Source: Vicugna vicugna
Taxonomy: Eukaryota
Length of the DNA: 64,000 nucleotides
NCBI GenBank assembly: GCA_013265495.1
Contig: MU058213.1
Coordinates: 1,426,001 to 1,490,000 of the forward strand
Reading direction: 5' to 3'
A program made the position numbers and the translations under genes. Each line of letters starts with the position of its first letter. Position 1 is the first letter of the stretch. Shown here one piece after another: positions 1-12,430 of this stretch. The notes beneath the pieces were generated by a model. That model was not told the origin of the DNA, did not search any database, and saw nothing but the letters and a program-made list of their open reading frames with translations.

Positions 1-549
1 CCTTAATCTTTCACTGCATTCAATTCTATATCATGATATATGTACCCTAGGTCTAATAGCGCATGCATATTGCTTTTTAAAGTACTATCTAAACTTCCAT
101 ATAAAAGGGGATAAAGCTTTGGGCTACTGACTCAAAATATTTTAGAAGATATCAAAGTTTTCTACATGCTTCTTAGGGAGGCAGAAATTAGGGAGATTGC
201 TACAGAAAGTTGCTTGAACTCTTGCCAAATGAGATGATTTTTCCTGCATTGATGTATTGGTGTGTGATAATATATTTAAGTAATGTAAAGAGTAGAAAGG
301 TAGGCTAACCAAAGAAATAATTAACTTTCAGGGTAATTATACAAGCAAAAGCACAATTAGTAAACTGTTAATTACTTTCTTTTGCTGTGGGCATCTATTC
401 TAAAGGACTAGATAATAATAATTATGGTATTTTTATTACAAAAGATATTCTCTTTTCATATCAAATTTAAAGGTAAGAAACTTGCCATACAGAGAATATA
501 GGAAGGTAGTATAGAGTAATACATTTTACTGATATTGTTTAAACCATAG

Positions 550-790
550 TCAAAAGGGCGCAGGGTGTGGAGTCAACAAAGCTGAAATGGAATCCAAGTA
601 CCACTGTTTGGATTAGTGGTATATCCTTGGACATGTTACATAATTTTTCTGAACCTGTATTATCATCTCTAAAGTTAGGATAATCTTGTGTGAGACTTGT
701 GAGAACTAAATGAGATAATGTATATAATGTGTCCAGTATAGCACAGGACAAATAGTAGGTACTCAAAAATTGATAGCAAATGCTATCAAT
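550..790 (+). mobile_element. MIR SINE
   Basis: Matches recalled MIR core and tail (ccttggacatgttacataatttttctgaacc...aaatgagataatgtatataatgtgtccagtatagcacagg...tagtaggtactcaaaaat). Confidence 0.75.
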
Positions 791-1419
791 TGATTATATC
801 CATCACTTGATCAGTTATACATTAGAATTGCTGGCCAGTTGTGTGAAAAGAATAAATTTCCTATCCTATATTGATTATTGCTCACTGAGCAAGCTCGTCT
901 ACCCAGATCTTTGTCTTGGAGCCCTGCCCATGTCACCTGTCCCTGTCTCAGATGTCTTCTACTGCTAGTTCACTCATGTTTTCTGGAGACCTGGCAGATT
1001 ACATGCATCTCCATCCTCTTTCACTGTTGGAAACACCTGATCCTTTGGCCTTTTTTTTTTTTTTTCATTTTCAGCAATCTAGCTGTGCTGTACCTCAGTT
1101 TCATCACTGCCCCTGTCCCTGCCCCTTCCATCTGCAGGAATTTCATCTCTCTTGTTTGGAGTAATTGGATGAGGCATGAAGGGGCTATCTCCAGGGTCTC
1201 TGTACCTTGTTTCAAGCACTAAATTAGAGAAGATCATCTTCACAAATGGAGAGCAAGGTGACTGTACCTTATTACAACAGCCTTAGAGATGTTTGCAAAA
1301 TTGGTTTTATTCTAAAAAAGTGGCTTACCTGAAAATGATGTTCTCATAGGAAGGTGGACAGCCAGAGAGGATCCTAAGAAGTTTAGGCTGAGTATTTCCA
1401 TTTGCCCTTCAATATCAAA

Positions 1420-1798
1420 TCTTGACCTTTCTTTACCCTGGATTTTGCTCCAAAACATTGACCTCCATAGGCTGCATCTGTTTGATTCTCTTGCCCTGTG
1501 GCTTCTGGTTGGATTTGGCCAATGAACACACTAGCTTGGAAGGAGAGAGTAGGAGGAGAAAGAGAAAGGTTGGGGTATTATTAATGGGTTGACAGTCCTT
1601 GTTTTCTCTGTTGAAGTCTCGTATCATTTCAAGGCTCCTGTTCTAGAAATGGCCCCCTCTCCTTGCTCCATCAGAGCCTCGTCTATTAATGGTCTATCTC
1701 TTGGTTGTTTTACCAACCCCTGATGGTTTTCCTTAGCTGCTCACACCCTTGTAAATAGTCCCTTTATAAGCTCTTTCACTTACTCAGTTTTGACTGAT
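1420..1798 (+). mobile_element. ERVL LTR33-family solo LTR
   Basis: ctcttgccctgtggcttctggttggatttggccaatg and cacacccttgtaaatagtccctttat...gactgata resemble recalled LTR33A/B consensus. Confidence 0.6.
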
Positions 1799-2799
1799 AA
1801 AGGAGTGGTGATCTTCTCAACAAGGTTGGAGCACCCAAGTACTCCAGACACAGGGCAGAAAGGACTTCCAGATGTTCCAGGGAAACCAAAAGACAGAGTT
1901 GAGGTAGGGCTTGCATGCTGTTTATCAGCTGAACCTTGGCAGGAATAGAGCATGCGAAAGGCATTAAAAGACAGTTTTGGTGGTCAAAACAAAACCATTG
2001 AAGCTCAGATAATTTTAAAGAAACAAATACACAAACATCTGGTTTGGTGATGAGTACTGCTTTGAGATCTAGTGATAAATCTGGGTTGACTGCCCAGCTG
2101 TTTAGTGTTAACTCTGGCCAGAGGGAATAGGCCATAATTAATGCTGTTTAGTTTGCATTCAGATTTAGTCTAGTGAAATTTCCTCAGTAATTGAATTTAG
2201 CAAATGACAGTTTATAGCGTTTGGGAGAGACAGTGGTATTCTCTTTCAATAACAGGTTTGTAATTTAAGGAAAGAAATTGTTGAGTCAGATTCTTATTTT
2301 ACTTTTATGACACTTTAAAATATTTTTAAATTCATAAAGGACTTCTAAAGAAACTTCAGGGGCTGGCTGGATAGTAAAAATTTCCCCAGGATTAGCGGAA
2401 GTCTTGGTACTGCTTTGGCAAAGTTCGTCCAAATATACCAATCTTAAAAGATGCTAATTTAGAGCAAGTTTAGGATATCACTGACAAATCTAAAGTCTTT
2501 TGCAGTGGAATGTGGATGACTGAAGTCATTATTTGGGTAATTTAAGTAAAATATGATTTTGAGGAATTATCCTGGAAATTGAATTAAAATAATATTTTTG
2601 GATTGAATTTTACAAATATTTCATTCACTTACTAACAGGGTGTCATAAAAAATTAGGTCCTTTAAAACTGGATTATGCGTATGATACTTAAAACTTAATA
2701 TTTTATCATATTAGCCCCAGAGAACATGAAGATGCTTCCTTGTACTAAACTAAGGTATAATAAGTACGAAAATAGTTAATATAAATGTGAATAATACAT

Positions 2800-3000
2800 C
2801 CCTCTGGCACAATGCTAAGCTCTTTATGCACCTATTTTAAGCCCAACAATCATGTGAAGCAGTTGTTATTCCAAGTTTACAGAAGAGAAATCGGAACTTA
2901 AATGTTAACTAACTTGCAAAGACCTCATAGTCATAAATGACAGAGCTGGATGGAGCCTGGGTCTGTCCTATGTAAGAATGTCTATACTTCACCACTGTGC
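2800..3000 (-). mobile_element. MIR SINE
   Basis: ggcacaatgctaagctcttta...tttacagaagagaaatcggaact...gacagagctgg, reverse-complement MIR. Confidence 0.7.
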
Positions 3001-4769
3001 AGCTCTTTCTGTATGACCAGGACAAAAACCAATAGTCAGATCCCTAGGAGAGAATAATTTTCCCAGAATCTATTTTATGTTTCTAATAAAGATGTTTTTC
3101 ATGAGGAATCCTCTAATTCAGAGAATAAGTATTTCAATTAGGATGACTGGGAAGATAGTCCAGAATTAGGATTCTTATTTTCATGTTTCATGTATTTTTT
3201 TTATTATTATTGCTCCATTCTAAAAATGAAAAAAGGCCTTTGAGAAAAGAAGGGAAAAAATCAAGGGAAATTAAACACTCCTCATATATTTTGCATTCAG
3301 GCACCACGGCTCACTGAAAAATGCATTTTGATGTGAGAAACAAATCAAGACACATCTAAGGCTCACAGCCACACTTACAGTAGATCTGTATTTTTACATA
3401 TCCTCATGCTTTGGCCTCAGCTTCATGTCAGCTACATAATATCTTAAACTCTCAAGGTATGGGGTAAATTGTGGTCTTTCTTGAATATCCATTGCTGTAA
3501 CTGATGCATAACTGAACCTGTCACATGTGGCCTTCCTCTGTCCTGTATCACCAGTGTGCAGAGGGAGAGCTAGATGCCATAGATGTGGTTGTCATGGAAA
3601 CCAGCAGTTGTCCCTGCAGAGGTTTTGAAGTCAATGCAAAGTTTCTGTGAAAGTACATGTAATTCTGCTGGTAGAGATGTGATCATAAAGCCCTGATTTT
3701 TCTCTGTCCCTCAAAACAAGAGTATCAGGTTCATTCCCTGTTTGCACCTTTCAGTTGGTTGATTGCCATAGAAACCCATAATCCCAGGGAAACAGGTATA
3801 TGTTTAGAATACATTTGGAAACACATATTATACATCTAAAACCTTCTGGCTGGCGGATAAAAAAACATTTTGAATAAAGGATTCTAGAAGGGGCAGTGGG
3901 AAAAACAGACTTTATTCTTGTCCCATTTTATAGACCCATCTCTGACTTCAAAAAGGTATTAGTGAATGGAAAAGATGAACATTTTTGTAACCTGGGATCC
4001 TCTAAGAGGCTCTTAAGGGGCCTGGTTAGGAGCAAATGGATCTGGTCCCTTTCATCTACTTTGACTTCTCTTGTTCTGTTGTGAATGTGAGGGGTTATGA
4101 ATGTACTAATAGCGAGAGGACAAGGTTCTGGGAGACGTAAGAAATAAGCTACATCTTAATGCAAATACACTTAGGGCTGGAGTGATATCTAAAAAGCTAC
4201 CTTGGGTAATAAAAACCTTTCATAGAGGGTTTCTAGGGAAAACACACAGTAGAAGAGGGAACATATTAGTTGTTTTCTTTTTAAAGTCCTCTTACGAATC
4301 TGTGATCAACGTCCATTTCAGTCCTGAAGTGGTCCGGGCCTTATGGAAGAAGAGGGGAAGAGCAGTTAGACTCCCACCTCCTCAGGGCAGCCTGACGCTG
4401 ACCACCATGTTCTCTTTGGATGGTCAAGTAGATAGAACCCTGGACTGGGAGGAGTGAGAACTCAGTTCAGGCTCACTACTGGTACCTACTAGCCGTACTG
4501 GTACTGATTTCTTTCCTTTTACGACAGTCTCCATTCATTAATTTGATATGAAAGTTGGGATATGCATGTCTCATGGCAGAGGACCTCTTTCCAAGTGATA
4601 TTGTTAATATGATAGATAAATTCTCAAAAATGCTTCATGGCTGGAGGGAAGGGCACCTTTTCTCCCCATTTTCATATTCTCAGGATATTAGTGGGTAGTG
4701 GGATATAGGAGGCTGGGCAGGGGGATGATTTGGGAGATTGACTCAGTAAAGGAGGCAGCAATGTGATTC

Positions 4770-5520
4770 TGAGGATTGACTCTGTTTTGGGGCTTTTCCT
4801 CATACTGTCCATTTTCCGTGTTGCTGTTACTATGCCCCTCGGGCCAAGACCATCTCTTGCTTGGGCTACAGCAGCAGTCTCCTGGGTCACCTCCCTAATT
4901 ATACCCTTCCATTTCCAAATAGTTCTCTTCATTGGAGCCAAAGGAGCCAAACCTAAAACTCATAAATGTCTTCTTGCATTTAGGAAAAAGTTTAGAATCT
5001 TTACCTCATCCTCTAGGCCCTCAATTATTTACCTTTCCAGGCTCAATTCTCATGGCTTGCTTCCCCTACCACCCCCCTCCCGCCCCCAGTTTTATTGAAA
5101 ACGAATTCCCCTTTGTTTTTTGTACCATTTTACCCTTGAGAACACCTCTCAGTTTCTAAAACAGGCCATGCTTTCTTTTATCCCAGGACCCTGGTACATG
5201 CTGCTCCTTCTTTAGGACTGATCTTTCTTCCTTTGAACTTCCACACACCGTCTGGCCCCAATTAGCCTAACTGACTTCTAGTCATCTTTCAGGGTTCTAT
5301 TTAAATAAGTCCTTAAGGACTACTCTCCAGGCTAGGCTGGATCTGGCTGAGTGTCCACAGTATTTTTTTACTTCGCCTAGGCTCCCCAGGTCACAGTCGT
5401 AGTGACTGTTTTAAGGTCCAACTTTCCCACTAGACTGAAAGCCTCTGAGGGTAGGTACCATGTCTCTCTTGCTCCCTGGATCTGGCAAATCCTGAGGTGT
5501 GCAAAAAATATTTGCAGACA
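4770..5520 (+). mobile_element. LINE-2 3' fragment
   Basis: Pyrimidine-rich L2 text ending actagactgaaagcctctgagggtaggtaccatgtct...aaatatttg. Confidence 0.65.
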
Positions 5521-6959
5521 CTATAGCTTGCTTATCATGGTACTGATGTCTGTGATGTTTGTTGCCGATTTGTGAATCAGCCACTAAATTGGCCTTCCCA
5601 CTGATAGGGCTTGCTTGGGGCACAATATTACACCTGTGCAATGCTGGCAAAATTACACCTATGGCTCATTTTTTGATGATCCATGACAAAATGATTTCCG
5701 TACCCCTATTCTGCATTGTAGATTTCCATGTCACCAGAAAAGCTAGATAAAATGCAAAAAACACAGTTAAATTGGCTATTTGACATAGTGTAGGGAAAAA
5801 AACCCCACTCTATTTAATTTACTGAATTTTTTCCTTAAACGATAACCCCTGGATTCAGGCAATCCAGTTTGTGTAGACCCAGTGAGACAAGGATCAATAT
5901 CTGGTTTCTGAGAGATGAGACTGTACATACTGCAGATTCAAAACTAAAAATCTATACAGTCGGCTATGACTCAAGGCAGCCACTGCAGGGCTGTAGGTCA
6001 CAAAAAAGAAGGAGCATCTACCTGCAACAGCATCCTGATTCTTTGTTGAAATGAAAAATGGGGGAGAAGGTGGCTTACCCCTGTGTTCTCTTGTAAGTGG
6101 GAAATTGAAGAAAAGGGAAGTTACCCATGGAACAGATTTTATTAATCTCAGCCTGAACAGGAAACTAGTTTATTCATTCAGAGTCTTCTCAAACACCTGT
6201 TTTGTGTGTCACACAGTTGCAACAAGACAGTGAATATCACTTCTTGTAATCCAGCAGGGAGGCTAGACAAGGCCATAAGGAACGGCTTATTAACAGCCAA
6301 GAGCAGGGAGTGAGTCAGGGCCAGAGAGTGAGGCCATGTCCCCACAGTGGAAGGGAGAGGTGAAGAAAGTTGGAGTTCAGTGAAATGGGTGACTGGGAAG
6401 CATCTCCGGGGAAAGGTGGTTCGGAGCTGGTCCCTAAAGGATGATATAATCAGGTAGAGAGTAAAGGAAGATCCCTCCTAGCAGGAAGAAGTCTGTGAGT
6501 AAACACGCAGTGGGTGGAAGGGCTAAGGTAGGTCATACAAACGGGAACCACTTTTCCCTTCAGAAAATGAGAGTGTGAGTCCACAGCTGTTTCAGTCATA
6601 GTCAAGCTGGATTTCTTTCCAGGCTGACTATAGATTGTCTCTACACTTTCCCTTGAAGGGTCAGGCCCACGCAGCCATGTGAAATGATGGTGAAGCTCAC
6701 AGTCCAGGCCTCTTTGCTTGCCTTCTCAGTCCTTTGCCACCCACTGCTTAAACCCTAGAAACCTACCTCCTGTCAGTATGGGAAATGCATCTATCTGTCT
6801 TTTTCCTTCTGTAAAGATGATCTGCTCTCTTGCCCTTTTGTGAGAGTTTTTTTTCCAAAAGAGGAATGATGAGGGTTTGTCAGGGGAAAAGGGAATGGAT
6901 CCTTGCAGGGAAGAGACTGTTCCTACAGCAGAAGAATTAGGAAATTAATAGAAATAGTA

Positions 6960-7135
6960 GCCTAATTTGAGGACTAACTATATGCAACCAGGGTATAAAT
7001 GATATAATTTAATCATTCTGATATCCCTGTGTGTTAATTCTATTATCCTCCCCTTTCCAAGGAGAAAATGGAGATCCAGAGGATGAAGTATCTTATTCAA
7101 AGCCACAAAACTGGAAAGGGCAGAACTAGGACCCT
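6960..7135 (-). mobile_element. MIR SINE
   Basis: tattatcctcccctttccaaggagaaaatggagatccagaggatgaagtatcttattcaaagccaca. Confidence 0.65.
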
Positions 7136-7149
7136 TGTACAATATTTCA

Positions 7150-7670
7150 TGTAGTTGAATTTATGCTAGTTCATATCAGGGTTTTCTGTACACTTAGTCA
7201 ACCTGGGTTTTAACCGTGGCAAATATTTTATTTTAGATGTGCCATAGATTATCTTAACCTTTTTTTTTATTGGAATTTTAGTGTGTGTCCAGTTTTTTCA
7301 TCATCATAAATAAGACTGAAATAAACATACACAAGAACATACAAAATATGCATACATTTTGACCTGTATTTCTGTCAAAGGGATTCCTAGAAATGGTATT
7401 AATGAAAAAACTGACCAAAAAGAGATGGTCAATTTTTTAAGGTTAGTGATGGGCATAAAGAAAGTGTACTCCAGTACAACTTCTATTTAAATTCCATCAA
7501 TTTGGGAGGCATTTTTTGGTAATCAGTTTTCCCATGCAAAACACATGTCCATTTATTAAATAAATGTCTGTCTGTAAGTGATGTTCTTCCTATAGGCACA
7601 TTTTCTTGTTAATTTTTTTTATATTCCGTGTTTTTCTTGATTTTATGAGTGGGAATATTTATGAGATATT
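7150..7670 (-). mobile_element. Ancient L1 (L1ME-like) fragment
   Basis: gtgccatagattatcttaacc...gtccagttttttcatcatcataaataa...ggattcctagaaatggtatt, degraded antisense L1 3' region. Confidence 0.55.
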
Positions 7671-9202
7671 TATCTTACTTTCCACTGTAGATTACTTATT
7701 AGAAAAGGTTGACAGAGGTCTACGGAAATATTTGGAAATATACATTGGTAAATGAAGCCTCCCTGAAAATTAAGGTGGGTCTTTCCTTCCCTAAAACCAA
7801 AATAGGAGAAGCCAATGGATGTTTGCAGCAGAGGGTAAGGACCCAGTGACGACACTTTAAAAGGATTGATGATTCCATGATGATGATCATCTCTTAGGAA
7901 TGGATAAAGGAAACAGTAGAAGCTGAATGGTAGGAGGATTTGCCATAGTGGAAAGGAAGGCTCATTTTATTATGAGATTGGAGGGAAGGATGTGTGCAAA
8001 GACAGGTGGAGGGCAAGCGTTGGTGAGGAGGTGTGTGCTGGGTAGTTTGAATCTCAGCAAAGTAGATAGATCAGTGGCTGAAAGGGTAGGGGAGATCTTA
8101 GGATTGGAAGCCGAAAAGTATACAATAACCACTATGGTTACTGTGAATAGGGATAGCACCGGACTCCCTCATGTCAGCTTCCAGAAACTTGTACCAGATC
8201 ATAGTCTGCCCGGTGCCATCTACTGCAGAGGGTCTACTGCTGACCCCATAACCAGCTACAACACAATTGATTTAAATGAAAACAGAACGTAGAGACCAAA
8301 CACAAGCCTGCATCCAAATGCTGCCAGATATCTGGAGGGAAATTGAAAAACTCATGCAACCATGAGAAAGAATGCTTTGAATTATCAGATGTTAGGGAAG
8401 TTGAGCATAACCTAAATTTGTCATTTTCCCTTGCTTTTGGAGCAAATGATAGCGAAAAGAGGCCTCTTGAATTTCTCTGTTTATGGTTCTGAGTTTCACA
8501 AATCTTATAATAAGGAAATAACTGGTAAGAATAAAACTTTTATTATTTGTGGTGAGTGTCAGCACCCAGCATCTCAATATTTAATCTGTATACTTTCTGT
8601 TAATGTTTTATTTGTACTCACCAGAGAAATTATGAGGGCATTGTTAATTACATAATTTTTCCTTTGTCCAAACGTACATACTTCTACTTATTTCTGACTT
8701 GGAGAGGAACTTTTCCTTCCTTTCCCTCCCTTTTTTCTCTTTTTTTCTTTTCTCCCCCCCCCCTTTTTTTAAGCTTTTCAGTTTGGGCTCATGTCTCAGA
8801 ATTAAAATCTAGGGTCCATTAGGCGTCATTCATCTGTGAGATGAATTCTATATTCCATCTATTGATTCCATCGTGGGTGAACATTTGCAGGGTTTAGGCA
8901 AGCACTAGCTAGTGCCCTAAATAGGACTTACATTATTTCTTCAATATAGGATGAAAACGGAGGGAAATATCTTCATTTGAACAGCTTGGGGGAAAATGTT
9001 CTGTTTATTAAGAGCTTCTATATGTAATACATGTAGTTTTCTGACAAGTGAAATGAAATTAAGTATTCTCCATGATATTGATCCAGTGGAATACATTTAG
9101 TAATTTTAAGCCCATTTGCCGTTGAATGATGCCTTCTGGGATGCAGATATTTTTCAACTGAGGGACATTTTATGATTGTAAATAGCAAGTAGAGATTTAA
9201 AA

Positions 9203-9745
9203 AATTTTTTAATTGACTTTATTCTTTTAGAGCAGTTTCAGGTTCACTACAGAACTGAGCAGAAAATACAGAGTTTGCATATAGCCCTTCCCACCCACAC
9301 ATATATACTCCCCTACCCTCAACATCCCTCATCAGCGTGGCATATTTGGTACAATCAATGAACCAACGTGGACACATTATTACCAACCAAAGTCCATAGT
9401 TTACATTAGGGTTCACTCTTGATGTTGTACATTCTATGGGCTTTGACAAATACATAATGACATATTGCCACCACTTTATTATCATACAGAATTATTTCAT
9501 GCCCCCAAAATCCCTTGTGCTCCATCTATTCATTCCTCCCTCCCTCCCTCTCTCTCCCCAAACCCCTGGAAACTATGATCTTTTTATTGTTTCTGTAGCT
9601 TTGCCTTTTCCGGAATGTCATTCGGTTGGAATCGTACAATTTGTAGCCTTTTCAGACTGGCTTCTTTCACTTAGTAATATATCTTTTAAGTTTCTTCCAT
9701 GTCTTTCATGGCTTGATAGATCTTTTTTTTTCTTACTGCACATAA
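9203..9745 (-). mobile_element. L1MC-like 3' UTR fragment
   Basis: ttttaattgacttttattcttttagagcagtttcaggttcac...caaagtccatagtttacattagggttcactct matches recalled L1MC 3' end. Confidence 0.8.
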
Positions 9746-10061
9746 ATTTTAAAATTTACATATATTTACTGTTCATTGTTTCTAAAAACGTTTAGAGCTT
9801 GAGCTTTTTAAACTTATATAGTTACCAAAGGAATAAAGCCAACCACAAAAAAAGATACATTTTATGATTGTAAATAGCAAGTAGACATTTTTTTTGTAGT
9901 GAGTTTGCCAGAAATTGTGAAAAAGGTGTTCAGGGAAGATTGTAGTTCCACTGTATCTTTGAAAAGAATCTTGACAGCTTCTGTCCCTAGTAATATCTGT
10001 ACCTTAGGGTGTCTTATTTATATGGATACCTATTATTAGGAAGCTATCTACTAACCAACTA

Positions 10062-10187
10062 TTTTTTTAATTCTTTTTTTTTTGAAGGGGGAATTAGGTT
10101 TGTTTGTTTAATGGAGGTACTGAGGATTGAACCCAGGACCTCATGCATGCTAAGCACACACTCTACCATTGAGCTATACTCTCCCCC
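10062..10187 (-). mobile_element. tRNA-derived SINE (camelid Vic-1-like)
   Basis: Minus strand gggggagagtatagctcaatggtagagtgtgtgcttagcatgcatgaggtcctgggttcaatcctcagtacctcc carries Pol III A-box and B-box motifs and an A-rich tail. Confidence 0.85.
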
Positions 10188-10252
10188 AACACCATTATTT
10201 TAAATTACAAAATCTGCTGGCCTTTGCTCAGTTCTTATCCTTAGTTTCTCTA

Positions 10253-10579
10253 TGCATTTTTTTAAATTGAAGTATAGACAGTTACCATGTGTAAATTTCT
10301 GGTGTACAGCACAGTGTCCCAGTTACGCATATACATACATATATTCGTTTCCATATTCTTTTTCATTAAAAGTTATTATAAGATATTGACTATAGTTCCT
10401 TATGCTATACAAAGAAATCTGTTTTTTTAAAATCTGTTTTCATATATAGTGGCTAACATTTGCAAATCTCAAACTCCCAAATTTATCACTCCCACCCCAT
10501 TTCCTCTGGTAACCATAAAATTGTTTACTATGTCTGTGAGTCTGTTTCTGTTTTGTAGATGAGTTCATTAGTGCATTTT
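10253..10579 (-). mobile_element. 5'-truncated lineage-specific L1 3' end
   Basis: T-tract then aattgaagtatagacagttacc...gtagatgagttcatt; possible 8-bp TSD tgcatttt at 10253-10260 and 10572-10579. Confidence 0.75.
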
Positions 10580-10961
10580 GCTCAAGTTCATGCTATCTGT
10601 GACATTGCACTATTCGAACTGTATTACTCCTTTTTTTTTAACATTTTTTATTGATTTATAATCATTTTACAATGTTGTGTCAAATTCCAGTGTTCAGCAC
10701 AATTTTTCAGTCATTCATAGACATATACACACTCATTGTCACATTTTTTTCTCTGTGAGTTATCATAACATTTTGTGTATATTTCCCTGTGCTATACAGT
10801 GTAATCTCGTTTATCTATTCTACAATTTTAAAATCCCAGTCTATCCCTTCCCACCCTCTACCCGCCCCCCCTGGTAACCACAAGTCTGTATTCTCTGTCC
10901 ATGAGTGTATTTCTGTCCTGTATTTATGCTTTGTTTTTGTTTGTTTGTTTGTTTTTGTTTT

Positions 10962-11182
10962 TTAGATTCCACATATGAGCGATCTCATATGGTATTTTTC
11001 TTTCTCTTTCTGGCTTACTTCACTTAGAATGACATTCTCCAGGAGCATCCATGTTGCTGCAAATGGCATTATGTTGTCGGTTTTTATGGCTGAGTAGTAT
11101 TCCATTGTATAAATATACCACATCTTCTTTATCCAGTCACCTGTTGATGGACATTTAGGCTGTTTCCATGTTTTGGCTATTG
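10962..11182 (-). pseudogene. L1 ORF2p C-terminal fragment (IAKTWKQPKCPSTGDWIKKMWYIYTMEYYSAIK...SLICGI*)
   Basis: Manual translation of the minus strand matches the mammalian L1 ORF2p C-terminus up to its stop codon. Confidence 0.85.
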
Positions 11183-11497
11183 NNNNNNNNNNNNNNNNNN
11201 NNNNNNNNNNNNNNNNNNNNNNNNNNNNNNNNNNNNNNNNNNNNNNNNNNNNNNNNNNNNNNNNNNNNNNNNNNNNNNNNNNNNNNNNNNNNNNNNNNNN
11301 NNNNNNNNNNNNNNNNNNNNNNNNNNNNNNNNNNNNNNNNNNNNNNNNNNNNNNNNNNNNNNNNNNNNNNNNNNNNNNNNNNNNNNNNNNNNNNNNNNNN
11401 NNNNNNNNNNNNNNNNNNNNNNNNNNNNNNNNNNNNNNNNNNNNNNNNNNNNNNNNNNNNNNNNNNNNNNNNNNNNNNNNNNNNNNNNNNNNNNNNN
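11183..11497. other. Assembly gap (315 N)
   Basis: Run of N. Confidence 1.
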
Positions 11498-11918
11498 GGA
11501 GGAATAACTCTCCCAGACTTCAGACAATACTATAGAGCTACAGTCATCAAGACAGCATGGTATTGGTACCAAAACAGACATATAGACCAATGGAACAGAA
11601 TAGAGAGCCCAGAAATGAACCCACAAACTTTTGGTCAACTCATCTTCGACAAAGGAGGCAAGAGTATACAATGGAATAAAGACAGTCTCTTCAGCAAATG
11701 GTGTTGGGAAAACTGGACAGCAGCATGTAAAACAATGAAGCTAGAACACTCCCTTACACCATATACAAAAATCAACTCAAAATGGATTAAAGACTTAAAC
11801 ATAAGACAAGATACAATAAACCTCCTAGAGGAAAACATAGGCAAAACATTATCTGACATACATTTCAAAAATTTTCTCCTAGAAGAAATAAAAGCAAGAA
11901 TAAACAAATGGGACCTAA
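11498..11918 (+). pseudogene. L1 ORF2p fragment (post-RT region), inverted part of the L1
   Basis: [39 protein letters not shown]...KWCWENW...INKWDL, uninterrupted reading frame. Confidence 0.92.
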
Positions 11919-11933
11919 TGTATTACTCCTTTT

Positions 11934-12430
11934 CTAATCGTTTCTTTTTCTGGTTTCTTCTGTTCACTAAATGTGAATATTCCTCACGAATCAAAGGTGA
12001 CTTTCTGCTTTTTCTCTTCTTCAGGATCTGCCTCGGTAAGCTCCTTCATTCTCTTGGCGTCTTTCAACATCTTTAGATACTGATCTGAGGGCTCTCATTC
12101 CATATCTCTTGGGAATTTTCACTTGAATTTTCAAGCTCAGCTTATCTAAAAGCTGTTGTCTTCTCCAAAATGGTCTTGCATCCTATGTTTCTCTTTCATT
12201 TATCCTTCTTTTGCTCACCTAAACTTCAGTCTTGCTGCCAACGTTGGTTTCTCTTTTTCTGTGATCTAACCAGTCACTATTTGTTTTTATTCTACCTTCA
12301 TAAATTCTCTCCACTCTCCACCCGTTCACTTTCCACTGTCACCACCTCTCAAAATCAGCTTTTAAGATCTCACATTTGAATTGTTGCAGTAGCATCATGT
12401 AACAAATAGATAATAATATTTTCCTCCCTG
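11934..12430 (+). mobile_element. LINE-2 host fragment (continues from ~10208-10252 and 10580-10619)
   Basis: Pyrimidine-rich L2 ORF2-like text resumes after the L1 TSD. Confidence 0.55.

Larger units (their letters stand above)
10620..11933 (-). mobile_element. Young L1 with 5' inversion
   Basis: Poly(T), 3' UTR and ORF2 C-terminus on the minus strand (10631-11182); ORF2 on the plus strand (11498-11918); TSD TGTATTACTCCTTTT at 10620-10634 and 11919-11933. Confidence 0.9.

Noticed and set aside
7927..8292. 121-aa ORF
   Set aside because: No recognisable domain; the 5' half lies in purine-rich L2-like sequence; no clear splice context.
10100..10187. Possible tRNA gene
   Set aside because: tRNA-like head is followed by a SINE body and A-rich tail; it is a SINE, not a tRNA.
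11168..12076. 302-aa ORF, and the overlapping 120-aa and 164-aa ORFs
   Set aside because: Artefacts of translating through Ns; the only real part is an L1 ORF2 fragment.
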